A DNA stretch of 64,000 nt from a bacterium. GTDB lineage: Bacteria; Krumholzibacteriota; Krumholzibacteriia; G020349025. Position 1 is the stretch's first letter. The number at the start of each line of letters is the position of its first letter. The position numbers and the translations under genes are program-made. Location of the stretch: assembly GCA_031362565.1 (NCBI GenBank), contig JANLSU010000051.1, forward strand, positions 26,566-90,565, in the 5' to 3' direction. Below the pieces are notes generated by a model that saw only the letters and a list, made by a program, of their open reading frames with translations, did no database searches and had not been told where the DNA came from. Shown here piece by piece: positions 1-8,681 of the stretch.

Positions 1-531
1 ATCCGCATCGTCGAGGTGGCGCGCCTCGCCGAACGGGTTGGAATCCGCGCCATTACCGTGCACTGCCGCACCCGGGATCAAGGGCATGCGGGCCCGGTCG
101 ACTACAGTTGGATTCCCAAGATCAAAGCTGCGGTGTCCATTCCGGTCATCGTCAACGGTGATATCGCCACCCCACAGGTGGCCCGGCAGGTGTTCGAGAC
201 GACGGGTTGCGACGCCGTCATGATCGGCCGCGCCGCGGTGCGCAACCCGTGGATTTTCCAGCAAACGCGCGCCTATCTCGAAACCGGCCGGGTGCCGGCC
301 CCGCCGGGACCCGAGGAACGCGTCGCACTGTTCCGCGAGCACCTGGCGCTTGCAACCGAGCATCTCGGCGAACGCGAGGCGGTGCACGAACTGCGCAAGC
401 ACTACGCCATCGTTCTGACCGGAATGCCGCACGTCAACGAGGTGCGCGACGCACTGCGCCGCGCCGAGAGCCCGGGCCAAGTTCTCGAGCACCTCGAGCG
501 CTTCTGCGATCTGTACTCCGTCCCGGCCTGA
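1..531 (+). CDS. dusB: tRNA-dihydrouridine synthase (DusB-like), 5'-truncated by window edge
   Basis: Frame open from base 1; Dus motifs ITVHCRTR, IPVIVNGDI, GCDAVMIGRAA..NPWIF, ELRKH. Confidence 0.85.
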   Translation: MRIVEVARLAERVGIRAITVHCRTRDQGHAGPVDYSWIPKIKAAVSIPVIVNGDIATPQVARQVFETTGCDAVMIGRAAVRNPWIFQQTRAYLETGRVPAPPGPEERVALFREHLALATEHLGEREAVHELRKHYAIVLTGMPHVNEVRDALRRAESPGQVLEHLERFCDLYSVPA

Positions 532-585
532 TCCCGATGCCGCGCGGATGCCTCGCCGTGGCGTAACACCCGCGCCGCCTTGGAT

Positions 586-993
586 TCAGTCGTCGTGGTG
601 GCGGCGATCGTCGTGATGGTGGCCGTCGTCGTCGTCGTCATCGTGGCCGTGATGCCCGCGACGGCGTGACTCGACCGCATACGACTTGAGCACGCCGTTG
701 CGGCGATCGACGCGGGCCCGAATGCCCACCCGCTCGCCGCACGAATCCGTGCCGCTCAGGTCGACGCGCCACTCGTTCTTGTGGCGCTTGACTTCGTCGA
801 CACGCACCCGCACGACGCGCTGGCGTCCGGCTTCCGTGACGACGATATGCACCGCTTCTTCCCGGCCGACGTCGACGCGGACATGCGCGGGAACCGGCAT
901 CGGGGCCGGCGCATCGTCGCGCGACTGCAATACGAGCGTCCCGCCGCATCCGGTCATGCAGGCAACGACCAACAAGGCACAGGCGAGCTTCAT
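586..993 (-). CDS. Putative small lipoprotein with PepSY-like domain and His/Asp-rich tail
   Basis: ATG at 993 with GAGAGGAG RBS; lipobox-like MKLACALLVVACMTG-C; W.V.L...VDRRNG.L pattern; tail GHHGHDDDDDDGHHHDDRRHHDD. Confidence 0.65.
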   Translation of the reverse strand: MKLACALLVVACMTGCGGTLVLQSRDDAPAPMPVPAHVRVDVGREEAVHIVVTEAGRQRVVRVRVDEVKRHKNEWRVDLSGTDSCGERVGIRARVDRRNGVLKSYAVESRRRGHHGHDDDDDDGHHHDDRRHHDD

Positions 994-1035
994 GGCGGCT
1001 CCTCTCTCGAGTACGGGCTTTCCACCCGTCCAGAG

Positions 1036-1051
1036 TGCGAGGTACGTGCCA
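1036..1051 (-). promoter_or_regulatory. Candidate sigma54 (-24/-12) promoter for the lipoprotein gene
   Basis: Minus strand TGGCACG-TACC-TCGCA, near consensus TGGCACG-N4-TTGC, ~45 nt upstream of ATG. Confidence 0.55.
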
Positions 1052-1096
1052 CGATTGAGTTGTGTGGACGGCACCACGCGCCATCATGCGGCGCGA

Positions 1097-3211
1097 TCAG
1101 CGCGCTTCGTCCAAGAGCCGGCAACCCTCGAAGAGCATTGAATCGGTGGGCTCGGACACGTTGTCCGGGGGAAACGATTTCACGGGCGAGGTTGCGAATG
1201 CTCCCTGATCGCGCCAGCGGATGATGCGGTAGATGGCGTCGGCACCCTGCGCCGGCCCGCATGCCGCGTGCACGATCTGGCCGTGGCGCATGAAGAAGCT
1301 GGCCGACTCGCCGCTCGCGCTCTGCAATTGAACTCGCACCGTACGTTGGCTGCCGGAGAGCGCTTGCACGAGATCGATGAAGGGCAGTTCCTGCAGGGTG
1401 CCGCGGAAGCCGCGTTCGGAGCGCCCACCCGGGCGGCCACGCATTTCGAGTGCCTTGCCGATGCGCGTCACGAGCACGTTGTAGTTGAACGGCGGCACGT
1501 ACGCATCGTCGAAGCCGGCATCGAGCAGCTCCATGACGAGCGCCGGACCGGCTTGCGCCGAGAAGGCGTAGGCGAGCGCCGAGGTGTTGTCCTTGACGAA
1601 CCGGCACAGCTCGGTGGCGCGCGCCGCGTGGCGCTCGTGATTGACGAGCACCACGGCCGGTGTGATGCGGCTCACGAGCCGGCGTGCTTCATCGATGTCG
1701 TCGACTTCGACAACGCGATAGCCGCCGTAACGCAGGTGCACCCCGAGCTGCTTTGCGACTTCGTTTCCTGAACCGACCAGCAAGACCGGATCGAGGCTCG
1801 CGGCGGTGTTGGAATCGGCACCCTGCTCGAGCAATCGCAGGTATGTGTCGACGACTTCCGTCGCGGCGAGCCGCCCGACTTGGCGCCGCAATTCGATTTT
1901 GACGGCCTCGAGCGACACTTCCGCGCTGCGGAACGCCGCGAATCGATACCACACGAGCGCCAGGATCTGCGCCGCGAGCGAGACCTTGTGATTGCCGTCG
2001 CGCCGTACGTGCGCCACGTCGGTGAGGTACGCGAACGATTCGAGACAGGCTTCGACATTCCACGGGAACTGTAAGGCTTGCGCGATCTCGAGCGAGCGTG
2101 CGAAGTCGGCGAAAGCGAAGGCGCTGGCATGCGTCACCTCGCCGACGGCGGGACGCGGTGCCGGACCCCGCCCGGCGCGCGCGGCGTCCACTTCCTCCGC
2201 CGCCGGAACGAGCAAGTGGGCCGCGATCTGTAAACCGTCGATCGCCAGGCGGCGGAATCCGAGCGCCGTGGCGAGATTGCGCAGGTCCTCGCAAACGTGG
2301 GCGTACGACGGCCGGTACGCGGAGCCGGATGCCGTGGCGCGCAGGTCCGCCATCTGCTGCAGGGATCGAATCAACGCCCCTGCGACGTCGCGGTACGGGG
2401 CTGGGTTTTCCAACAACGAGCCGCTGACGCTCGAAAACATGGACATCTCCACCCGTGGCGGCGCAAAGACGCCGGCGCGCCCCCATTCCTCGAACTGCGC
2501 CTCCATGTCCTTGGCGACCAACACGTGGTTGTAGTGGCCCTGCTGCAATGCGGTGGCGATTTGCTGCGGATCCGACATGAGGTCGAGTTCGACACCCTCA
2601 CGCTCGAAGATGGCGACCAGGAAATTGCGCAAGAACGCCGTGCGGCTCACCATCAAGACGCGCGGCGAAGGTTGCGCCGGTCCCGGCTCGGCAGGGCGCG
2701 CGGCGGCCTTGTTCGCCTCGTCGTCGAAGATCGCCGGCAACTCGATGATTTGGTCCACGAACAGCTCGTGGCCACGCGCATGGTAGTGCTCGGCGATCGC
2801 GCTCCGCACCAGCGCGTCGACCGCGATGTGCGGCTTGATGTCGGTACAGGCGCCTTTGCGGCGCGCGTGGTGCAGGGCGCCGGCGTTGCTCGGATCGGCC
2901 ATCGCGACGTGCAGCGTTTGCGTGCCGGCGTCCCATGCGAAGGGCAGCATCTGGTATTCGTCCACGACGTCGACCGGCAGGCGTTTCGTGACGTCCTCGG
3001 GAATCCGCCGGCCGTCGAGACACACACCCGGCACGCCGAACTGTTCGCCGAGGGCGCGCACCAGTTGTTCTTCGGTCACGAATCGGTAATACAGAAAATG
3101 CGACCCAAGGCGCCCGCCGCGCAGTTTCTGGCGGTCGAGCGCTCGTTGGACTTGGTCGGGGTTGAGGATGCCGTAGCGCTGAAGAATTTCAGCCAGTTTT
3201 TCGTGCTTCAT
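1097..3211 (-). CDS. Multidomain protein: MshEN/GspE-N, degenerate REC, helical (HD-GYP-like remnant), degenerate REC, DUF4388
   Basis: N-term KLAEILQRYGILNPDQVQRALDRQ..RLGSHFL...VTEEQLVRALGEQFG and LHVAMADP; C-term GFRGTLQELPFIDLVQAL...FMRHGQIVHA...W..G.F...LFEGCRLLDE (DUF4388); no P-loop ATPase. Confidence 0.75.
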   Translation of the reverse strand: MKHEKLAEILQRYGILNPDQVQRALDRQKLRGGRLGSHFLYYRFVTEEQLVRALGEQFGVPGVCLDGRRIPEDVTKRLPVDVVDEYQMLPFAWDAGTQTLHVAMADPSNAGALHHARRKGACTDIKPHIAVDALVRSAIAEHYHARGHELFVDQIIELPAIFDDEANKAAARPAEPGPAQPSPRVLMVSRTAFLRNFLVAIFEREGVELDLMSDPQQIATALQQGHYNHVLVAKDMEAQFEEWGRAGVFAPPRVEMSMFSSVSGSLLENPAPYRDVAGALIRSLQQMADLRATASGSAYRPSYAHVCEDLRNLATALGFRRLAIDGLQIAAHLLVPAAEEVDAARAGRGPAPRPAVGEVTHASAFAFADFARSLEIAQALQFPWNVEACLESFAYLTDVAHVRRDGNHKVSLAAQILALVWYRFAAFRSAEVSLEAVKIELRRQVGRLAATEVVDTYLRLLEQGADSNTAASLDPVLLVGSGNEVAKQLGVHLRYGGYRVVEVDDIDEARRLVSRITPAVVLVNHERHAARATELCRFVKDNTSALAYAFSAQAGPALVMELLDAGFDDAYVPPFNYNVLVTRIGKALEMRGRPGGRSERGFRGTLQELPFIDLVQALSGSQRTVRVQLQSASGESASFFMRHGQIVHAACGPAQGADAIYRIIRWRDQGAFATSPVKSFPPDNVSEPTDSMLFEGCRLLDEAR

Positions 3212-4302
3212 GCGCCCTGCTTGACCGGCGCCGGTCGTGGGCCCGCGGCCGGTGTCCCCGCCAAGAAGGCCTCGGGTTCCTCGGCGAACCGAGCCGCCTC
3301 TTCGTTGGTCACGAGATGTTGCTGCACCAGCTCGCGCAGGTGCTGGTCGAGCAACTGCATGCCTTCACGGCGGCTGGTCACCATGACGTTCTTGATGTGA
3401 TGTGGCTTGCCCTCGCGGATGAGATTGGCGATGGCGTGGTTGCGAATCATGATCTCCAGCGCCGCGACACGTCCGTGCCCATCGGCGCGGCGCAGGAGCT
3501 GCTGTGAGCACACGCCAACCAGACATTCAGAGAGCGCCAAGCCGATTTGCGCCTGCTGGTCGGCCGGAAACACGTCGATAATGCGGCTCACGGTTTGGGG
3601 CGCCGATTTGGTGTGCAGCGTACCGAGCACCAGCAGCCCAACCTCCGCGGCCGTGAGCGCCAGGGCGATCGTCTCGTTGTCTCGCATCTCGCCGACGAGG
3701 ATGACGTTCGGATCCTCCCGCAGCGCTGCCCGGAGCCCGCTCGCGAACGACTTGCTATGCTCGCCGATCTGCCTCTGGTTGATGAGACAGTTGCGGTTCG
3801 TGTGAATGAATTCGAGCGGATCCTCGAGCGTCAGGATGTGGTAGTTCTTGTTGTCATTCAGGTGGTCGACCATCGCCGCGAGCGTCGTCGACTTGCCGGA
3901 ATTCGCGGGGCCGGTGACTAGGATCAAGCCGCTCCGGCTCTCCAACATCCGCTTGAGAGTCGGCGGAAATCCCAGGCCGTCCAGGGTCGGAATCTTGTAC
4001 GGAATGCTGCGGAACGCCGCCGCGAGGCCGGGGTGTTTGCGGAACACGTTGATCCGGAAGCGCGCCACGTCTGGAACCGTGTATGCGAAGTCCAGCTCGC
4101 CAAGCGCCTCGAAGCGCTCGATCTGGGCGTCGGTCAGCAGTTCGTAGAGGAGGACTTTGACTTCGTCGCCGCTCAGCGGCTTATGCTGGGTGCGTTCCAG
4201 AACCCCGTTGATGCGCAGCAGCGGCTCGGTGCCGTCGACCAGGTGCAGATCGGACGCACCATACTTCTGCATCACCTGCAGGAAGGCGTCGATGCGAGCC
4301 AT
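3208..4302 (-). CDS. pilT: Type IV pilus retraction ATPase PilT family
   Basis: ASDLHL, GLILVTGPANSGKSTTLA, ILTLEDPLEF, LRAALREDPNVILVGEMRD, GTLHT, IANLIRE, GMQLLD; start trimmed to MARIDAFL. Confidence 0.92.
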   Translation of the reverse strand: MARIDAFLQVMQKYGASDLHLVDGTEPLLRINGVLERTQHKPLSGDEVKVLLYELLTDAQIERFEALGELDFAYTVPDVARFRINVFRKHPGLAAAFRSIPYKIPTLDGLGFPPTLKRMLESRSGLILVTGPANSGKSTTLAAMVDHLNDNKNYHILTLEDPLEFIHTNRNCLINQRQIGEHSKSFASGLRAALREDPNVILVGEMRDNETIALALTAAEVGLLVLGTLHTKSAPQTVSRIIDVFPADQQAQIGLALSECLVGVCSQQLLRRADGHGRVAALEIMIRNHAIANLIREGKPHHIKNVMVTSRREGMQLLDQHLRELVQQHLVTNEEAARFAEEPEAFLAGTPAAGPRPAPVKQGA

Positions 4303-4469
4303 GCAAGCCGCCTGGACGAAGGGGTGACCTTGGAGACGTGGCACCTCGGGTCCCACGCCGACTCCGGGGACGCAGTCTCGTTGCTTTGCACGGAGCGCGC
4401 CGAAGCGTATGAATCTGGAGAAGTCGCTGAATGCGGTCCTCGACCGCCTCCACCGAGGAGTCGGGGCAT

Positions 4470-4494
4470 CATCCGCCCGGCTCGAGCGGACGTA
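4470..4494 (+). promoter_or_regulatory. Candidate ECF (SigK-type) promoter upstream of DUF4198-HupE
   Basis: CATCC-N16-CGTA; same motif at 8583-8607(-) and 21201-21225(+). Confidence 0.6.
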
Positions 4495-4555
4495 CTGGAA
4501 GCAAATGCGGCGATTCCTTTGCAGACAGAAGCCGGCCTCGAGTCGTTGTCCCGGC

Positions 4556-5410
4556 ATGGGTTGCCGGGCGTGGCGCGGGGTCGCGTCATTGGCGCTCTGG
4601 GCGGCGTTCCTGACGTCCGGCGGCAAGGTGCAAGCGCACGAGTTCTGGCTTGCCGCCCGACCGCCGCGGGCTGCTGCCGGCGATACGGTGGAGGTGCGGG
4701 CCTTCGTCGGCACCGGATTTCGCGGTGAACTCAAGCCCTACGCCACGGCGCGCACGATCCATTTGCAATTGCGCACCGGGCGCACGATCGACCTCGCACC
4801 GGGAGCCCGCAACGGCGACCTCGCCTTTGCACACTTCATCACTCCCGATACGGGCGGGGCGCTCGTCGCGTACGAATCCAACTTCGCGTTCATCGAGCTC
4901 GCGGCGCCGAGCTTCGATCGATATTTGAAGACCGAAGGACTCGACGCCGCGGCCGCGGCGCGAACCACGGCAGGGGCGGCGAATCCCGGCCGCGAACGCT
5001 ACGCGCGGTGTGCGAAGGTGTGGATTGCGGGTACGGATGCGAAGCGCGTCATCGAGCCCATGGGACAGACGATCGAGATCGTGCCGCTTGCGGATCCTGC
5101 CACCACGACACCCTTTCGATGCCGCGTACTGTACGAAGGCAAACCGCTCGCCGGCGCCTTGGTTCGCGCTTGGCGGAATCCGCAGCCCGAACGCGGCGGT
5201 GCCGAGCGCGATTCCGTACCGCCGGGTGCCGAAACGCGCAGCGCCGCCGATGGCAGTGCGACACTGGCACTCGAGGCAGCGGGTGAATGGCTGGTCAACG
5301 CCGTGCACATGATCCCGAGCACCGATCCGGCACAAGCCGACTGGCAGAGTTACTGGGGATCGCTCGCCTTCGTCCGACCCACCAAGCCCTCCGCCCCCAA
5401 GACGAGGTAA
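4556..5410 (+). CDS. DUF4198 family exported protein (metal-uptake associated)
   Basis: Signal peptide then A-HEFWL; F.RYL..EG, ERYARCAK, EIVPL.DP, VLYEGKPL.GA.V, G.WLV.AVHM, ADWQSYWGSL. Alternative in-frame ATG at 4505. Confidence 0.8.
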   Translation: MGCRAWRGVASLALWAAFLTSGGKVQAHEFWLAARPPRAAAGDTVEVRAFVGTGFRGELKPYATARTIHLQLRTGRTIDLAPGARNGDLAFAHFITPDTGGALVAYESNFAFIELAAPSFDRYLKTEGLDAAAAARTTAGAANPGRERYARCAKVWIAGTDAKRVIEPMGQTIEIVPLADPATTTPFRCRVLYEGKPLAGALVRAWRNPQPERGGAERDSVPPGAETRSAADGSATLALEAAGEWLVNAVHMIPSTDPAQADWQSYWGSLAFVRPTKPSAPKTR

Positions 5411-5415
5411 ACCGC

Positions 5416-6549
5416 GTGCGCGCTCCGTCCTTGCGCCTGGTTCTGCTGGCCGTCCTCGTCGCCATTGGTCTGGCGCCGCGCGGCGCGTCGGCCCATGCGG
5501 AGCCTTACAGTTGGATCACGGTGTGGATTCGCGATGGCGCGCTGCACGGCCAAGTCACCGCGCACGTGTTCGATATCGCCCAAGCCATCGACGTGGCGCG
5601 GCCGGAATCGCTCCTCGTCCCCGCCTTCACGGCGCGCGAGTGCGAACGGATCCAGAACGCCATCGACGGCCTGTTCCACTTGGACTTGGACGGCAATCCG
5701 GCGGTGCCAGAGTGGCGCAGTTGCACCGTCGTGCCGGACCGCCACGGCATTACGCTCGAGTTCGACATCAAGAATGCGCGGCCGGCGCAATTGGTTCTGC
5801 ACGGGCCGCTCTTCGCCTACGACCCGGCGCACGAAACCTACTTCAACGTCTATCTCGGCGAACAGTTGGTGCACCAGGATCTGCTCGACTTCGGCCGTAC
5901 CGCGAGCCCCTTCGCGACCGGTCTCTTGCAGACCACCGGCGAGGTCATCCGCCGCTTCCTGGACGAGGGCGTACACCGGGTCTTACGCCGGCCGGAACAA
6001 CTTCTGTTCGTCGCGGGACTCTTGCTCCTGGGAGGCAGCCTCAAGCGCCAGTTGGCAATCGTGGGCGTGTTCATGGTGGCGCACAGCTTCACCTTGACGC
6101 TCGCCACGCTCGGTGCGATTCAGTTGCCGGTCCGCATCATCGACCCGATCGTCGCGCTCAGTGTCGTGTACATCGGCGCCGACAATCTTTTGCGAAGTCG
6201 CCGGGGTGAAGCCCCGGCTGGTTCGGCCGCCGTGGGTTCTGCCGGCCCGCGGTTCGCCATCGACCCCCAGTTGTGGATCGCCGGGGCATTCGGTCTCGCC
6301 CACGGTTTCGGCCTTACGAATGTGCTGCGCGAACTCGGCCCGTCACATCAAGCCCTTGGTTCATCGCTTCTCTGGTTCAACGCCGGCGTCGAAGTCGGGC
6401 AAGCGTACGTCTTCTGGCCGGTCCTCCTGTTATTCGCCGTCCTGCACTCCCGCGCGCCCCGCGTGGCACCGCGCGTCGCGATCCTTTGCAGCACGGCCCT
6501 CGTCGCCGCCGGCGCCTATCTCTTCGTACAACACACTTTTCTTTCCTGA
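5416..6549 (+). CDS. HupE/UreJ family membrane protein with N-terminal periplasmic domain
   Basis: GTG start 5 nt after DUF4198 stop; signal peptide ASA-H; F.VAHSFTL.LA, IVALSVVY, FGLAHGFGL, FNAGVEVGQ. Confidence 0.8.
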   Translation: MRAPSLRLVLLAVLVAIGLAPRGASAHAEPYSWITVWIRDGALHGQVTAHVFDIAQAIDVARPESLLVPAFTARECERIQNAIDGLFHLDLDGNPAVPEWRSCTVVPDRHGITLEFDIKNARPAQLVLHGPLFAYDPAHETYFNVYLGEQLVHQDLLDFGRTASPFATGLLQTTGEVIRRFLDEGVHRVLRRPEQLLFVAGLLLLGGSLKRQLAIVGVFMVAHSFTLTLATLGAIQLPVRIIDPIVALSVVYIGADNLLRSRRGEAPAGSAAVGSAGPRFAIDPQLWIAGAFGLAHGFGLTNVLRELGPSHQALGSSLLWFNAGVEVGQAYVFWPVLLLFAVLHSRAPRVAPRVAILCSTALVAAGAYLFVQHTFLS

Positions 6550-6555
6550 GTTCGG

Positions 6556-6605
6556 CGCGCGCCACGCAAAACGGGCCCGGCGTAAACCGGGCCCGTTGGC
6601 GCGCG
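6556..6605. terminator. Hairpin between convergent genes, probable intrinsic terminator (U-tract on minus strand)
   Basis: AACGGGCCCGG-CGTAAA-CCGGGCCCGTT (6570-6597) with outer CGCGCGCCA/TGGCGCGCG arms. Confidence 0.6.
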
Positions 6606-6668
6606 AAGAAACGGCGGAGGTGTCTTTCGCGGCGCGCTTTGGGTGCAACAGCCTTGGGTGTCGCGGCC

Positions 6669-8483
6669 TTACTGGGTCACCAACACCTTGTGGCTCTGCA
6701 GTGCCTGGCCGTCCACCGAGAGACGTGCGAAGTACATGCCGCCCGCAACCCGCGAACCGGTATCGTCGCGGCCATCCCAGCGAGTGGCAAAGGTCCCAGG
6801 CGCTGCATCTTGGTTGACCAGCGACCGCACCCGGCGTCCACGTGCATCGAACAATTCGAGCGCCACGTGGCCTTGGCGCGGCACCGTGAAGAGCAGGCGG
6901 CTCGCCGCACCGGCATCCGGGATCACGTCGAGCTTCGACTGCGGTGCCGCAGCCGCGGTGCCCGCCGTACCGTGGCTGGAGTCGACGTCGGCGTCGTCAT
7001 CGTCGGCGGCAGTCGATCCATCGTCCTGCAACGTGATCACGGCCTGGTTTTGATTGCTGGTGCCTTCGTGGCTATGATCCAGCGGGTTGTGCGGCAGCGC
7101 GACGTACGGGAAATAGGGTAGGAACGGCACGTCGTTGTAGTCGACGCCGTCACCCAACTGCCGGTTGGGCTTGATGTCGAATCCGGGCACGAGCACGCCG
7201 GCCACGACGCGCAATTCGATGTCGACGATGTCGTCGCCCAAACGGCGGCCGTTCGGGAAGCCTGCCAAGTCGCCCTTTAGGACAGCGAAACGATTCGGCT
7301 TCCGCGCCGGCGGGATGAGCATGTTGAGACGCACCATTTCGCAAGCGCCACCGTTCTCGTTCAGGCCCGGTACACCCTTCAAGAACACCGCCACCAGATC
7401 GTTGCGCGGCGTCGGGGGCACGCTGATGCCATAGATGGCGTGGAGCAGGCCCGGCAACTCCGGATTGGTGACGTAGTTCAGAAACGCCCCGTCGCCAGTC
7501 GGCTTGGTGGCATTGAACTTGTCTTTGTCCTGCAGCGGAATCACGACTTCATTCACGAGTGGCATGCCGAGCCGCGACACTTGCAGTTCGGGGCCGCTGA
7601 TGCTGGCCGTACCGTCGGCGTTGATGATGCGGGTCGAGTTGCGCTCGGTCGAGTCGTAGATGCCGAGCACCGAAGTGCCGGCCTTCGGCGCCTGGCCGTC
7701 CCGCGTCAGGCGCTCGAACGGCACCTGTAGCACGATCGCCATAGCGTTGTAACCGGCAAGCCCGTCGATCCCACGGCCTTTGTTCCCCGGCAGGCGGCGG
7801 ATGGTGAGCAGGTCGAAGATGCCGGCCAAATCCACGAAGAACGGATCGTCACGCGGCCCGCAAAATACCTTGGTGCCGTCCGAGAGTGTTTGCACCGCTG
7901 CCCGCGCCAGGCTCGCGTAGTCCGGCATCGACACCGGGCCGACGTAGTTCGGCGCCACCGGCAGGCCGGTCGCGAGTTCGTGGTCGACGCCATCTTCGAC
8001 GCGCGTCACCGAGTAGGTCTGGCGCACGTTCAAGTCCGGGTCGTTGAGCGAGGTCACAACGCCGGTGTTGTACAGGAACGTGTTGCCGTTCTGGCGCGTC
8101 GTCGTGAAATTGAATTCATAGCGCAGGTGGTCGAGACAGTCGCCGACGTTGTCGATGTTGACGTAGTAGTGGGCTTCGTCGTCGAACACATAGAAATTGG
8201 GACCGCCGTTGGGCTCGAGCAAGGGGATCCACAGGCCCACGAACGTCACCGCATGCGGCGCATCGGGGCTCACGAACGCGTAGAGGTCGGTGTCGTCGGC
8301 CAGGCGATCCTTCGCCGTGCCCGGCGCTTCACTGTGGCTGGACGCGATAGCGCCCCGCACGAGAACGCTGGCGCTGAGCGCAATGCCCAGGGCTAGCAGT
8401 ACAAAGAGATGCAGGCCGCGCTTCAGCGCGACCGCCGCAACGCGACCACCGGTGCGTTGCAAAGGAGATGACGCGTGCTTCAT
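6669..8483 (-). CDS. DUF4331 family secreted protein with C-terminal FlgD-Ig/T9SS-like domain
   Basis: SSHSEAP...DTDLYAF, GPRDDPFFVDL, QVSRLGMPLVNEV, GFPNGRRLGDDIVD, FPYVALPH; tail LFDARGRRVRSL...WDGRDDTG..V.GGMYFARL. Confidence 0.85.
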   Translation of the reverse strand: MKHASSPLQRTGGRVAAVALKRGLHLFVLLALGIALSASVLVRGAIASSHSEAPGTAKDRLADDTDLYAFVSPDAPHAVTFVGLWIPLLEPNGGPNFYVFDDEAHYYVNIDNVGDCLDHLRYEFNFTTTRQNGNTFLYNTGVVTSLNDPDLNVRQTYSVTRVEDGVDHELATGLPVAPNYVGPVSMPDYASLARAAVQTLSDGTKVFCGPRDDPFFVDLAGIFDLLTIRRLPGNKGRGIDGLAGYNAMAIVLQVPFERLTRDGQAPKAGTSVLGIYDSTERNSTRIINADGTASISGPELQVSRLGMPLVNEVVIPLQDKDKFNATKPTGDGAFLNYVTNPELPGLLHAIYGISVPPTPRNDLVAVFLKGVPGLNENGGACEMVRLNMLIPPARKPNRFAVLKGDLAGFPNGRRLGDDIVDIELRVVAGVLVPGFDIKPNRQLGDGVDYNDVPFLPYFPYVALPHNPLDHSHEGTSNQNQAVITLQDDGSTAADDDDADVDSSHGTAGTAAAAPQSKLDVIPDAGAASRLLFTVPRQGHVALELFDARGRRVRSLVNQDAAPGTFATRWDGRDDTGSRVAGGMYFARLSVDGQALQSHKVLVTQ

Positions 8484-8582
8484 ACCCAAGGGCCTCCGTA
8501 GTTCGCGAGCGCAGAGGGCGCGCGCGAGGGTGCTTCGAGCGATCGACGGCGCGCAGGGGTCAGCGCCGGGTGTCGCCGTATC

Positions 8583-8607
8583 TACGGAGCCCGATGCGTC
8601 CCGGATG
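8583..8607 (-). promoter_or_regulatory. Candidate ECF (SigK-type) promoter upstream of DUF4331
   Basis: Minus strand CATCC-gggacgcatcgggctc-CGTA (16-nt spacer), ~100 nt upstream of ATG. Confidence 0.6.
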
Positions 8608-8681
8608 TTGCCGATCATGCCGCAGCCGGCCGTGGGGCAAGTCCCCCACTCCCGCCGCACGATCTCGTCGAGCCCGGGGCA

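Noticed and set aside
4387..4402. Possible sigma54 site CGGCGCGCTCCGTGCA upstream of pilT (minus strand)
   Set aside because: GG-N10-GC spacing is right, but the match is weak and such sites arise by chance in GC-rich DNA
4303..4734. N-terminal extension of the PilT ORF (similarly for Lhr, HK, TPR, tgt, SBP ORFs)
   Set aside because: Extensions overlap neighbouring genes or promoters; homology-like sequence begins at the downstream starts used
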